Notes: a model not told the origin generated them from the sequence alone. 33,023 nucleotides of DNA from an uncultured bacterium (GCA_964010765.1 CAXGMD010000036.1:1-33023), one strand, 5' to 3'. Counted from the first letter of the stretch, positions 17,424 through 27,140 are shown. A program made the numbers and translations.

Positions 17424-18467
17424 ATGTTTGGACGGAAAAAGCTCTCAAATTGGTTTGCAGAAGATCTCGCTATTGATCTTGGCACTGCCAATACCTTGGT
17501 TTTTTTGCGTGAAGCTGGGATTGTCATTCGTGAGCCCTCGGTAGTTGCTGTCAAGCGCGATCAACGAGGGGCTCTCAAGGTGTTGGCCGTTGGACGTGAA
17601 GCCAAGGAAATGGTTGGCAAGACGCCAGACACGATTATGGCGATCCGGCCGCTGAAAGACGGGGTCATCTCCGACTTTGATGTGGCTGAACAGATGCTGC
17701 GTCATTTCATTCAACATGTGCAGCAGCGCCAAGGATTCCTGCGCTTCAAACCACGTATTGTTATCGCAGTCCCTTCTGGTATCACCCAAGTCGAAAAACG
17801 GGCTGTGCGTGAATCTGCTCTCTCTGCAGGAGCCCGTGAGGTATTCCTGATCGAGGAACCAATGGCAGCAGCTATCGGTGCAGGACTGCCGATTGCTGAA
17901 CCCAGCGGGAACTTCGTTGTTGACATTGGTGGCGGTACGACCGAAGTTGCCGTTCTCTCGATGGCCGGGATCGTTTACAGTAGTTCGCTACGCATGGCTG
18001 GCGACAAGATGGACGAGGCTATTGTTCAGTACCTGAAACAGAAGTACAATCTACTGATTGGCGAACGAACCGCAGAAGAACTTAAGCTCAACATTGGCTC
18101 TGCTGCTCCACGTTCCCAACCGCTACAGTTGGAAGTCAAGGGGCGCGATCAAGTTGGTGGCAACCCAAAGGTTCTGCTGGTCAATGACGAAGAAATCCGC
18201 TTTTGTCTCAAAGAAGTCTACGATAGCATCGTCCACGCAATTCGGGTTGCGCTCGAGCAGACACCACCAGAATTGGCGGCTGACATCATCGAAAAAGGCA
18301 TCGTGCTAGCTGGTGGAGGTTCACTGCTTCATGGTATGGATGTCCTGCTCCGCGAACGAACAGGATTGCCCGTCTTCTATGCCGAGGATCCTTTGGATGC
18401 AGTGGTCAAGGGAACCGGTGCGATGCTTGATCAGATGGAACTACTGGCCTCCATCGCTCTCGACTGA
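17424..18467 (+). CDS. mreB: Rod shape-determining actin homologue MreB
   Basis: Motifs IDLGTANTL, IRPLKDGVI, EEPMAAAIGAG, VDIGGGTTE and LAGGGSLL. Confidence 0.97.
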   Translation: MFGRKKLSNWFAEDLAIDLGTANTLVFLREAGIVIREPSVVAVKRDQRGALKVLAVGREAKEMVGKTPDTIMAIRPLKDGVISDFDVAEQMLRHFIQHVQQRQGFLRFKPRIVIAVPSGITQVEKRAVRESALSAGAREVFLIEEPMAAAIGAGLPIAEPSGNFVVDIGGGTTEVAVLSMAGIVYSSSLRMAGDKMDEAIVQYLKQKYNLLIGERTAEELKLNIGSAAPRSQPLQLEVKGRDQVGGNPKVLLVNDEEIRFCLKEVYDSIVHAIRVALEQTPPELAADIIEKGIVLAGGGSLLHGMDVLLRERTGLPVFYAEDPLDAVVKGTGAMLDQMELLASIALD

Positions 18468-18508
18468 ATGAATCCTGACGTTGTCCGCTCTTTCTGCAAG
18501 GAGATTTT

Positions 18509-19498
18509 GTGAGCACACCCGATACCTCCATCTACATTGTCGGTACCAACCGAACCTGGCAGATTCGTGCAAAGACACTCAAGCTGATCCTAACCTCAAC
18601 TGTACTATTGCTGATAGGGCTGGCGGCAGCTCTGCTCTACCAAAGCATCTGGCATCTGCAGGTCGTTGGCGGTTGGGAGGAACGTTACGCCGCAGAGAAT
18701 GAGCGCAACGAAAAAATGCGGAGTGTGATTGAAGATCTGCGGGAGCGTGTGGTGGATCGGGGAACTCTGGAGATGCGACAAGCGATTTACAGCAATGGTC
18801 CTGATCCCGAAGAACTACTCCAAAAAAACCAGCGACAGCAGGAAACCATCGAAGCTCAGCAATTGCGTATCGAGCAACTGCAGTCAGAGACCAATGATCA
18901 GCAGGTCAAGCTGCTTGAGTTGGACGTTCAACTCACCGATGAGATCGCTCGCTATGCCTCACTGCAAGAGAGCCATCAACAACTGGAGATTCAGCGTGCT
19001 ATTTTGCAGGACAACCTGACTTCCCTAAATGAAGAACTAGTACAGCAGCAGACACAGGGTGCTGAACTACAGAAGCAGATCCTCAGTTTACAAAAGCAAC
19101 TGGCAGCCATTCCCAAGGTTGTTGAAAAACCAACACAAACCCTGGCCTCAACTGCAACTTCTCGTTCACCAGCACTTGCTGGCCCAAGTCCCGTAGCTAT
19201 AGAGAAAATACAACTCAACAACCGTAACGGACAACTCAATGTCCGCTTCCAACTGAGCAACCGTGATCGCAAGCGTCAGACTGGGTTCCTACAGACCTTC
19301 CTAGTGTATGCTGATGACGCAGTTACACCAGTGAAAATCACAGATCATTTTGCTGATCCTTTTGCCATCCGGAATTTCAAGAACGTTCGGGCAGAGTTTA
19401 AAAATTGGGACAAGAATTCCCTACTACGAGTAGTGGCTTGGAATGCGAAAAAGCAGAGAGTTTACGACAAAACCTTCCCTTTGAACAAAGTCAACTAA
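18509..19498 (+). CDS. Membrane-anchored coiled-coil protein with a beta-rich C-terminal domain
   Basis: One TM (LILTSTVLLLIGLAAALLY), long Q/E/L heptad region, T/S/P linker and alternating beta-strand C-terminus; GTG start after AAGGAG. Confidence 0.75.
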   Translation: MSTPDTSIYIVGTNRTWQIRAKTLKLILTSTVLLLIGLAAALLYQSIWHLQVVGGWEERYAAENERNEKMRSVIEDLRERVVDRGTLEMRQAIYSNGPDPEELLQKNQRQQETIEAQQLRIEQLQSETNDQQVKLLELDVQLTDEIARYASLQESHQQLEIQRAILQDNLTSLNEELVQQQTQGAELQKQILSLQKQLAAIPKVVEKPTQTLASTATSRSPALAGPSPVAIEKIQLNNRNGQLNVRFQLSNRDRKRQTGFLQTFLVYADDAVTPVKITDHFADPFAIRNFKNVRAEFKNWDKNSLLRVVAWNAKKQRVYDKTFPLNKVN

Positions 19499-19522
19499 AG
19501 CCCCCCTAACCAACGCTCCAGA

Positions 19523-20524
19523 ATGGAGATGCTACCAGCGGACCTGAGAAGTTACCTTGAAACTCTGGGGCTACTCCAAATTGGTCAAGATTTCCAGGCC
19601 ACACCCTTGACTGGTGGTGTTTCTTCAGACATCTGGCTCCTGGAAACGAAACAACGACGCTTCTGCGTCAAACGGGCCTTGCCTAAGCTGAAGGTAGCTC
19701 AAGATTGGTTTGCACCACTGGATCGTAATCGATACGAACGCCACTGGTATCAACTAGCTCATCAGATTGTTCCTGGCAGTGTTCCTCAAGTTTTGGCTGC
19801 AGACGATGCTGCTCTCCTGTTCGCCATGGAATATCTGGATCCTGAACAGCATCTCCTTTGGAAAACCGAATTACTGGAAGGGCGCATCAACCCTTCGTTT
19901 GCAGCCCAAGTCGGGGAAAGGCTTGGAAAAATTCATTCAGCCACAGCTCACCGTTCAGACCTTGCCGATGCTTTTGCAACAGGTTCTAATTTTGAACAAC
20001 TCCGACTGGAACCCTACCTACGAGCAACAGCCCTTCGTCATTCCGAATTCACTACTATTCTGCAGAGCCTTGCAGACAAAACAGCTCATCAAAAACTCAC
20101 ACTTGTTCATGGAGATATCAGCCCCAAAAATATTCTGGAAGGACCTCAAGGACCTGTCTTTCTCGATGCAGAATGTGCTTGGTACGGCGATCCAGCTTTC
20201 GACTTGGCGTTCTGTCTGAATCACCTGCTGCTGAAAACCATTGTCCAACCTGAACGTCTACCGGCTCTGCAGGAAAGCTTTATGATGTTGCAACAAGCCT
20301 ATCTAGAGCAAGTCGACTGGGAAGCACCCGCAGAGCTTGAAGCCAGAACTGCCGCATTGTTACCTGGCTTACTGTTGGCTCGGGTTGATGGTAAATCGCC
20401 TGTCGAGTATCTACAAACAGAGGCACATCGAGAGTTGGTTCGCAGTGTTGCTTTTCCTCTCCTTCGAAAAGCTCCCAGAAATTTAGCTGACATTTGTGAC
20501 GCTTGGAGAAACGTATGGGCCTAG
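19523..20524 (+). CDS. APH-family kinase related to 5-methylthioribose kinase (substrate unknown)
   Basis: Motifs GGVSSDIW, CVKRALP, LVHGDISPKNIL and FLDAECAWYGDPAFD. Confidence 0.8.
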   Translation: MEMLPADLRSYLETLGLLQIGQDFQATPLTGGVSSDIWLLETKQRRFCVKRALPKLKVAQDWFAPLDRNRYERHWYQLAHQIVPGSVPQVLAADDAALLFAMEYLDPEQHLLWKTELLEGRINPSFAAQVGERLGKIHSATAHRSDLADAFATGSNFEQLRLEPYLRATALRHSEFTTILQSLADKTAHQKLTLVHGDISPKNILEGPQGPVFLDAECAWYGDPAFDLAFCLNHLLLKTIVQPERLPALQESFMMLQQAYLEQVDWEAPAELEARTAALLPGLLLARVDGKSPVEYLQTEAHRELVRSVAFPLLRKAPRNLADICDAWRNVWA

Positions 20525-21804
20525 ACACCACTATCGCCAAATTGCAAGGTCGCCAAGTATGGGACTCCCGTGGTAGACCAACAGTCGAAGTAGATTTGTG
20601 GCTGTCAGACGGTTCTTTAGGTCGAGGTGTTGCTCCAGCTGGGGCATCTCGAGGTTCGGCTGAAGCGGTTGACTTGCGTGATGGAGGTTCAGCACTAGGT
20701 GGCTTTGGTGTGCGTAACGCACTCAATCTACTGAACGGGGAAATTGCCAAAAATCTGCAGGGAAAACACTTCACCAACCAGGCGGAACTGGATCAAGAAT
20801 TAATTGAGCTTGATGGAACCCCTAACAAATCTCGACTTGGTGGAAATAGTCTCATAGCCACTTCCTTGGCATTCGCGCAAGCTCAAGCAGCCCATCAGCG
20901 GCAACCACTCTGGCAATCACTCTGTACAAGCACCCCAGCCTACCTACCTTTACCTGAAATTCAGCTCTTTGGTGGTGGAGCACACGCAGCTGGACGAATC
21001 GACATTCAGGATTTCATGCTGATTGCGGTAGGTGCCCAAACTTTTGGCGAAGCACTGGAATGGACGGCCGAAGTATATCGTACAGCCGGTGGGCTATTGC
21101 ATGAAAGTGGGCTCTTGGCTGGTGTAGCTGATGAAGGTGGTTGGTGGCCCCAGTTTTCTAGCAATGAAGAAGCACTGGAGTGGAGTGTTAGAGCCATTGA
21201 AGCTGCAGGCTTCAAACCAGGTCAAGACTTAGCGATTTCTCTGGATGTGGCTGCTTCTGAATTTGGGCAATCAGGCCGCTATCGTCTCAGCCGAGATCAG
21301 CGTGTGCTGAATCGCACAGAGATGCTGGAACTTCTGAAGAACTGGCTGAAACACTACCCGATTATCTCCTTGGAAGATCCTCTCGCTGAAGATGATGACT
21401 GGAAAGCGATACTTCCAGCTCTGGGACGTCCTGTTCAAGTCATTGGTGATGACTTTCTGGTGACCAATGCCAGCCGAGTTCAGCAAGCAGCAACTCATCA
21501 ATCCTGTAATGCACTGCTGGTCAAGCCGAATCAAGCTGGGACTTTGACTGAAACCAAGGCCGCCTTGGACGCTGCACATGCCGCAGGATGGCAAGCCGTT
21601 GTTTCAGCTCGTTCTGGAGAGACTGAAGATGTAGCGATTGTGCACCTGGCTGTAGGTTGGGGAGCCACTCAATTGAAGGTTGGTTCCTTCTCACGCTCAG
21701 AACGGATGGCTAAGTGGAATGAGGCTTTGCGGATTGGAGAGGCTTTAGGCTCTACTCAACTACCATCAAAGGATTGGTTTCCTTGGTATCAGCAGAATGT
21801 CTGA
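20515..21804 (+). CDS. eno: Enolase-family protein with a non-canonical active site
   Basis: Motifs DSRGRPTVE, GASRG, DEGG, LDVAASEF, LEDPL, GDDFLVTN, VKPNQAG and RSGETED. ATG at 20515 after GGAGA overlaps the kinase gene end. Confidence 0.85.
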   Translation: MGLDTTIAKLQGRQVWDSRGRPTVEVDLWLSDGSLGRGVAPAGASRGSAEAVDLRDGGSALGGFGVRNALNLLNGEIAKNLQGKHFTNQAELDQELIELDGTPNKSRLGGNSLIATSLAFAQAQAAHQRQPLWQSLCTSTPAYLPLPEIQLFGGGAHAAGRIDIQDFMLIAVGAQTFGEALEWTAEVYRTAGGLLHESGLLAGVADEGGWWPQFSSNEEALEWSVRAIEAAGFKPGQDLAISLDVAASEFGQSGRYRLSRDQRVLNRTEMLELLKNWLKHYPIISLEDPLAEDDDWKAILPALGRPVQVIGDDFLVTNASRVQQAATHQSCNALLVKPNQAGTLTETKAALDAAHAAGWQAVVSARSGETEDVAIVHLAVGWGATQLKVGSFSRSERMAKWNEALRIGEALGSTQLPSKDWFPWYQQNV

Positions 21805-21849
21805 ATGGAATAACAATACGACACTTGGTTCAGCGAACGCACTATCAAC

Positions 21850-22380
21850 TCATTGGGGAGGGGGCAGAAAATCTTCTTTCTTTTCAAGTTCGGTAATCAG
21901 TTTGCTCAGTGAAACAACTAATTCTCGCATAATCGCTGCTTGGTCCTGATCACTGCTAGGCGCTCCAGAGTTGTTGATCTTTCTGCTCAACTGCTGAAAT
22001 TCCTCGTTTCTTTTACTCATCTCAGACTGTAATTTCCTAACCTTCGACAAGTAGTGGTCGTTCAACTCCTTGTACTTGTCATTGTAGAGTTCGTAAGCAT
22101 CCAAAGAGTTATCCAGATCTGCTCTCATGCGCTCCAATTCCTCTTCCTTGTTTTGAATTTCCTCCTCGCGCTGTACTAGACGATTTTCCATCTCATGGAT
22201 TTCATGGTGTTGGGCATCCAGTTCTTGTTGCTGCTGCTGCAACCGTTCTGCCCAGATTTTCAAGTCCTCAACACTGAGTTTCAGCAAGCTCTCAATTTGT
22301 CCCTTGCCTTCGCAAATCCGACATTCCGGATCATCTAATGTCAGGCCATCGCAGACGAAGCACTTAATCTTTACAATCAT
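21850..22380 (-). CDS. Hypothetical protein with an N-terminal CxxC...CxxCxGxG zinc finger and a long coiled coil
   Basis: CFVCDG...CRICEGKG followed by E/Q-rich heptads; ATG at 22380 after GAGAGG RBS. Confidence 0.7.
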   Translation of the reverse strand: MIVKIKCFVCDGLTLDDPECRICEGKGQIESLLKLSVEDLKIWAERLQQQQQELDAQHHEIHEMENRLVQREEEIQNKEEELERMRADLDNSLDAYELYNDKYKELNDHYLSKVRKLQSEMSKRNEEFQQLSRKINNSGAPSSDQDQAAIMRELVVSLSKLITELEKKEDFLPPPQ

Positions 22381-22688
22381 GTTACCTCTCATTGATCCTG
22401 AATATTTGTTTTAAAGCTCTGCTAGACTCCGAGACCATTCCATCAAAAGATTTTTCGCGGACCACCTTTTCCTCGGTTTTGTGACTGATTTTTCGGAATT
22501 TGTTGGAATCAATTTGATCTGAATTACGTAGTTTTTTTCAAAAAAATATTTTTGTCTCAATTTAGTCAAGCAAAATTGCTCTGACTTCTATGGGTCAGCA
22601 CTTTTTCTGCTTTGTCGACTGGCAACTCAAAGGTACTGACTGGCTGCTCTATATCCCTCACGGTATTCCCAGCAGAAAACACTATGGA

Positions 22689-22713
22689 GGTCAGGAACAT
22701 CCTGTCCCTGACC
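22689..22713 (-). terminator. Stem-loop downstream of ppk2 (probable terminator of the asd...ppk2 gene run)
   Basis: Plus strand GGTCAGGAACA-TCC-TGTCCCTGACC; 11-bp stem with one G-U pair on the minus-strand RNA, about 30 nt after the ppk2 stop. Confidence 0.5.
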
Positions 22714-22742
22714 AACAAACCCAACAGAGGTTCAACAGGACT

Positions 22743-23648
22743 CTAGTACACTTCTGGTACATGGAATTGCTCCTCTCGTGGAGGACGCTGGTAATCCTTC
22801 GGTAGCGGAGGTCTCTCTGGAATCTTGATCACAGATGGCAGAACATCTTTGTAATCCACTTTGCTCAGAACATGATGAATACAATTGAGTCGAGCACGGC
22901 GTTTATCATCACCCTCTACTCCAAACCAAGGAGCTTCTGGAATATTTGAGAAGTTTAGCATCGTATCCTTGGCCTTGGAATACTCGACCCAGCGAGAGAT
23001 TGACTCCATATCCATTGGGCTCAGTTTCCAGCGCTTGCCCGGATCTTTGGCTCGATCATGAAAGCGTCGCTCTTGTTCTTCATCACTGACTGAGAACCAA
23101 TACTTGAGCAGGATAATTCCAGAGCGGATCAGCATTCGCTCAAACTCTGGACAACTGCGCTGAAACTCTTCGTACTGCTCGTCGGTACAAAAGCCCATTA
23201 CCCGCTCAACACCTGCCCGGTTGTACCAACTGCGATCAAAGATAACAATCTCTCCTGCAGCCGGTAACTCACGCACATAGCGCTGAAAGTACCATTGTGT
23301 CTTCTCTTTCTCTGTCGGTGTTCCCAAAGCTACTACTCTACAGCCCCGTGGATTCAGTGGTTCGGTAATACGCTTGATAACACCACCCTTACCAGCGGCA
23401 TCACGGCCCTCAAATAACATGACAACCTTGAGGCCCTTCTGCTTGATCCAGGTCTGCCACTTGACCAACTCAAGTTGCAGTCTTACCAACTCTGACTCAT
23501 AGAAAGACTTGTTTAATCTCTCATGCTTAATATGTACATCTATGCGAGGAACTTCTTCTACCGTAGGAGACGTATCTGGCTTCTTAGCCGCCTTTACAAC
23601 GTCTTGTTGTCCCCTTTGTTCCTTCTTCTTGTCAGCTTTCTTGCCCAT
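22743..23648 (-). CDS. ppk2: Polyphosphate kinase 2 (single domain)
   Basis: Motifs FEGRDAAGKGG, WYFQRY, FDRSWYNRAGVERVMGF, RWKLSPMD and DDKRRARLN. Confidence 0.95.
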   Translation of the reverse strand: MGKKADKKKEQRGQQDVVKAAKKPDTSPTVEEVPRIDVHIKHERLNKSFYESELVRLQLELVKWQTWIKQKGLKVVMLFEGRDAAGKGGVIKRITEPLNPRGCRVVALGTPTEKEKTQWYFQRYVRELPAAGEIVIFDRSWYNRAGVERVMGFCTDEQYEEFQRSCPEFERMLIRSGIILLKYWFSVSDEEQERRFHDRAKDPGKRWKLSPMDMESISRWVEYSKAKDTMLNFSNIPEAPWFGVEGDDKRRARLNCIHHVLSKVDYKDVLPSVIKIPERPPLPKDYQRPPREEQFHVPEVY

Positions 23649-23660
23649 TGCTGGTCTCCC

Positions 23661-24581
23661 TCAGTAGACAGGTTGTGGATCATACGCCGGACGCTTGCGC
23701 CAACGACGATGCATCCAGAAGTACTGCTCTGGATGACGACGAATTGCCGCCTCCATTGCGGTGGTGAAGGCCTGCGACGTCTGTTGCAGGTCTCTTTCCT
23801 TGTCACCGCTGTGCGGACATTCCAACCGTTGGAATTCAAGCAAACAGCGATTACCTTGGTAGGTACAGGTAGTGAAAAGAACCGGACTTTGTTTAAGATA
23901 ATGGAAGCTTCCCAGCCCTTTGCTCATCGAGGCAGCCTTACCGAAAAAATCGACAAAGAGATCGGATTTGTTGTCATTCTGGTCAACAATGATAGTGACA
24001 GCCCGATTGTTCTCTAGTGCACGACGGATGCGCAATGGCGCCTGACGGCTACGACCAATCGTCTCCACTCCAAAACTAGCACGCAACGTATTCTGGTTGT
24101 CATCAGAGCGTGGATTGGTCTGAGCACCAACATAGAGTGAAACTGGAAAGCCAGCTTCAGCCAACCTAGGGCAGATAATCTCCCAGTTACCAAAATGACC
24201 TGACGCTAGAATTACACCTCGCTCCTCTGCTAATGCCTCGCGTAGAATCTCTGGATTGCGCACCTCGCAGATGCTCTCTGTCCGTCCAATCCAGTCGGAC
24301 ATACGCAACAAGTCCAGCGTAAATCGTGCAAACCAGCGATAGTTGTCATAAGCAAGTTGAACACGGTCCTCTTCAGCCCAATTCGCAAAGGCAATACGCA
24401 GATTCGGTTCAACCACCTTCCGATAAATCTTCAGTCGTTGGTAGGTCAGCTTGGCAAAACCATGTTCCCACCATCCCAATTGAGGTTTTCGGGTGAGCAC
24501 GGCCAATCGTTGAGCCAAAACAAGGGCTCCATACTCTACACGCTGTCGGATCTCCCGCTTGGAAAGTATCAACTCGCTCAT
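23661..24581 (-). CDS. Lipid A biosynthesis lauroyl/palmitoleoyl acyltransferase family (LpxL/HtrB-like)
   Basis: Motifs GHFGNWE, VDQN, FFG and PEQYFWMHRRW; start placed at ATG 24581 (MSELIL). Confidence 0.85.
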   Translation of the reverse strand: MSELILSKREIRQRVEYGALVLAQRLAVLTRKPQLGWWEHGFAKLTYQRLKIYRKVVEPNLRIAFANWAEEDRVQLAYDNYRWFARFTLDLLRMSDWIGRTESICEVRNPEILREALAEERGVILASGHFGNWEIICPRLAEAGFPVSLYVGAQTNPRSDDNQNTLRASFGVETIGRSRQAPLRIRRALENNRAVTIIVDQNDNKSDLFVDFFGKAASMSKGLGSFHYLKQSPVLFTTCTYQGNRCLLEFQRLECPHSGDKERDLQQTSQAFTTAMEAAIRRHPEQYFWMHRRWRKRPAYDPQPVY

Positions 24582-24591
24582 TGAATCCAGC

Positions 24592-25497
24592 CTACTCCAA
24601 CAAGAACTTGGCCAACTCCTGACGCTCATGAGGTGCATGAGTGGGATTCTTCAACAATAGCAAACCACTGTAGGGTGAGGCTAGTTCCTGCTTACCTTGT
24701 CGAGTGTATAATGTAGCCAGTGGTTCTCCTTGTTGGATGTATTCTCCAGCTCGCCGATGCCAGGTCAGCACACCCCCACTCGGTGACAGCCAGCGTTTGA
24801 GGTGTTCACGAATCGACCAGACTCGAGCTGCTGGAGCCTTGGGCAAAATACCAAAGTATCGCTGCAAGGCCTGAATTCCACGCTCTACATCTTCACTAGT
24901 AATCGCACGGCTTGCAGACAATTCCAAGGTAAGTGCAACCTTGCCAAGTTGCTGACAGGTATCACAGAAGCTGGTGGAATGTTGTTCCCAAGCCAAAACA
25001 TGTGGCAATCCCAAGCACTGAGCCTGCTCGACCTGGCTTACATGAGCATAAACATGTGGCGCTGTCTCAGCACCTGCAGTGTGCAGATCCAGAACGGTAT
25101 CTGCTGGCTCAGTCAGGTTCAGCAACAGGTCTACCCATTCTCCTTCCTGGCTACCATCACCTCGTAATTGCCCAATTCTGTTCCAGTTCCAACAGTTTTG
25201 CTGGTTGGTGTGCAGGTTATTATAGCCTGTCTGTACCCCCATGATCTGGCTATCCAGTCCCATTGGATTCGACTGCGGTACACAGATGATTCGATGAGGC
25301 AACTGAGCCTCTTCAACCAGCTTCATGAACTCGTAAAGAACAGGGATGCCCGTCAGTTCGATACCATGTAAGCCCCCTTGCAGATGTACGGTCTCTGTAG
25401 GGTTGGGGGGATCATAGCGATACACATCAATTTCATAGTGCGCGCCACTTGCGGTCTGGTGAACCGACAAGGTCTCCTTCTCAAAACGAACCATCAC
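24592..25497 (-). CDS. Succinylglutamate desuccinylase/aspartoacylase family (M14-like Zn hydrolase)
   Basis: HxxE motif LHGIELTG, plus NPMG, NWNR, LDLHTA and TLEL; biotinyl/lipoyl-like C-terminal hairpin. Confidence 0.8.
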   Translation of the reverse strand: MMVRFEKETLSVHQTASGAHYEIDVYRYDPPNPTETVHLQGGLHGIELTGIPVLYEFMKLVEEAQLPHRIICVPQSNPMGLDSQIMGVQTGYNNLHTNQQNCWNWNRIGQLRGDGSQEGEWVDLLLNLTEPADTVLDLHTAGAETAPHVYAHVSQVEQAQCLGLPHVLAWEQHSTSFCDTCQQLGKVALTLELSASRAITSEDVERGIQALQRYFGILPKAPAARVWSIREHLKRWLSPSGGVLTWHRRAGEYIQQGEPLATLYTRQGKQELASPYSGLLLLKNPTHAPHERQELAKFLLE

Positions 25498-25940
25498 TTG
25501 CCTCCCAACAGCTTCGTGCGCAATCCTTCCACCCGACGACGATTAGCCCCCAAATCAGAGCGACCTAAGCGTGAAGCAGAACGTACATGAATTACTTGTT
25601 CCTCTGCAACTGAAAAGAACTCTACATCGTCAACAAATCTCATGATAAGGCTCGTGAATTCCGCATGCAGATAGTTTTCATGATCTGTTACGATTTCGAC
25701 ACGTTCCTCGTTCTGAAGTAGTTCTCGTAATTCCGCAAGCGAAACACCACGAAAAGGTTCGATTCGGTGTGTCTCATCTTCATTACCCATGCTATTGACA
25801 CAGTTCGGAGAAGATGGACAAGGGCGTAGATAACCATCTTTCAAACCTAACTCAGTAGGCCGGTTTCCGGTACAGCCAATGATCGAAAAACCTAGTAACA
25901 AAGAGAAAGAAGCATACATAATCCGTCCTGAGAACCACAT
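25494..25940 (-). CDS. DUF1499-family lipoprotein
   Basis: Lipobox IIGC; motifs LRPCPSSPNCV, FVDDVEF and RSASRLGRSDLGANRRR. Confidence 0.85.
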   Translation of the reverse strand: MWFSGRIMYASFSLLLGFSIIGCTGNRPTELGLKDGYLRPCPSSPNCVNSMGNEDETHRIEPFRGVSLAELRELLQNEERVEIVTDHENYLHAEFTSLIMRFVDDVEFFSVAEEQVIHVRSASRLGRSDLGANRRRVEGLRTKLLGGK

Positions 25941-25967
25941 GAAGAATCCTGAAGTTGGAAAAGCTTT

Positions 25968-27140
25968 TCAGCAATTCGCCAGCTCCTGCCCAGAGAGGCC
26001 GAGGAAGTAGAGTAGTGCATCCAGGTTAGGCTGATTGAGCTGGCCACTGGCCCGTTCCTGCAACACTGGCTTCGCATTGAAGGCGATTCCCAGACCGGCT
26101 ATCGCCAACATCTGCACGTCATTCGCACCGTCACCAATGGCTACAACCTGCTCAGGAACAATGCCTTCACGCGCAGCAATTTCCTGCAGCAACTGCGCCT
26201 TGCGCTGACCATCGACAATCTCCCCCAGCAGTTCTCCGGTCAACCGACCATCCTGCCACTCCAATGAGTTGGCGAAACCATAATCGAGGTGGAACTCCTC
26301 ACAAATATGATCAACAAACAGTTGAAATCCACCACTGAGCAACGCTAGCTTGTAGCCAAGTTGCTTCAGTACACGTACCAGACGCCGTACGCCCGGAGTA
26401 TAAGGTAGCTGACGAAGCAAAGACTCCAAATCATCTCGGTGGAGGCCTTTCAGCAAGCGAACACGGGCCCGCAAAGCCTCTTCAAAATCCAGCTCACCAC
26501 GCATGGCTACCTCGGTCAGCACTTTTACTTCTGCCTCACAGCCAACCAGCTGACTCATCTCATTGATAATCTCACACTGGATGAACGTCATGTCTGCATC
26601 AAATACGATCAGCCGCTTGTGCCGCCGAAACAGTGATTCTGGTTGCAGGGCAAAATCTACGTGATGTTGCTGATGCAACGGCAGTAAATCCCGGAGCAGA
26701 CGCGGTCGATCCAGCTGCTGATGGGTTCGTAATTGTAGTTCCAGGACTCGTAGATGCTGACTCTCCAGCGGTTGAAGCCCATGGACGAGTAACTCTTCCT
26801 GCTGAAGGCGTTGTAGCAGTTGCGCCAATAAGCTCGTACTCAGGTGCTCACCAAGCAGAGTCAGGATGAATCTCTGTTCTCTTCTTGGCTGAGCCTCGCT
26901 TTGGCTGAGCCGGAACTGCATGTCAAATTCCTGCATCAGGGAGCACAAACTCTTTTCCATCAATTGTGGCTCCTGTTCACTGGTCCACTCCAACTGCCAT
27001 AAGCCAGAGAAAATCTGATCCTGTTCCAGACCATGTAGATCCAGCAACCGCACAGGCCAGCTATCGAGAAGTGCACCCAGACGCGACAGAATTTCAGGGT
27101 GATGAGGTCCTTGAAAACTCAACAGTAGTTGTCGATTCAT
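25968..27140 (-). CDS. serB: Phosphoserine phosphatase with N-terminal ACT-like domains
   Basis: HAD motif FDADMT, plus AMRGELDF, SGGF and IGDGANDVQML; about 170-aa ACT-like N-terminus. Confidence 0.9.
   Translation of the reverse strand: MNRQLLLSFQGPHHPEILSRLGALLDSWPVRLLDLHGLEQDQIFSGLWQLEWTSEQEPQLMEKSLCSLMQEFDMQFRLSQSEAQPRREQRFILTLLGEHLSTSLLAQLLQRLQQEELLVHGLQPLESQHLRVLELQLRTHQQLDRPRLLRDLLPLHQQHHVDFALQPESLFRRHKRLIVFDADMTFIQCEIINEMSQLVGCEAEVKVLTEVAMRGELDFEEALRARVRLLKGLHRDDLESLLRQLPYTPGVRRLVRVLKQLGYKLALLSGGFQLFVDHICEEFHLDYGFANSLEWQDGRLTGELLGEIVDGQRKAQLLQEIAAREGIVPEQVVAIGDGANDVQMLAIAGLGIAFNAKPVLQERASGQLNQPNLDALLYFLGLSGQELANC

Noticed and set aside
22490..22517. Minus-strand TCAAA-N15-TCCGAAAA resembling a sigma28 promoter
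   Set aside because: Multiple mismatches in an AT-rich tract; likely a chance match.
22590..22805. 71-aa plus-strand ORF between the zinc-finger gene and ppk2
   Set aside because: No clear RBS, it overlaps the ppk2 3' end and its terminator hairpin, and shows no protein-like pattern.
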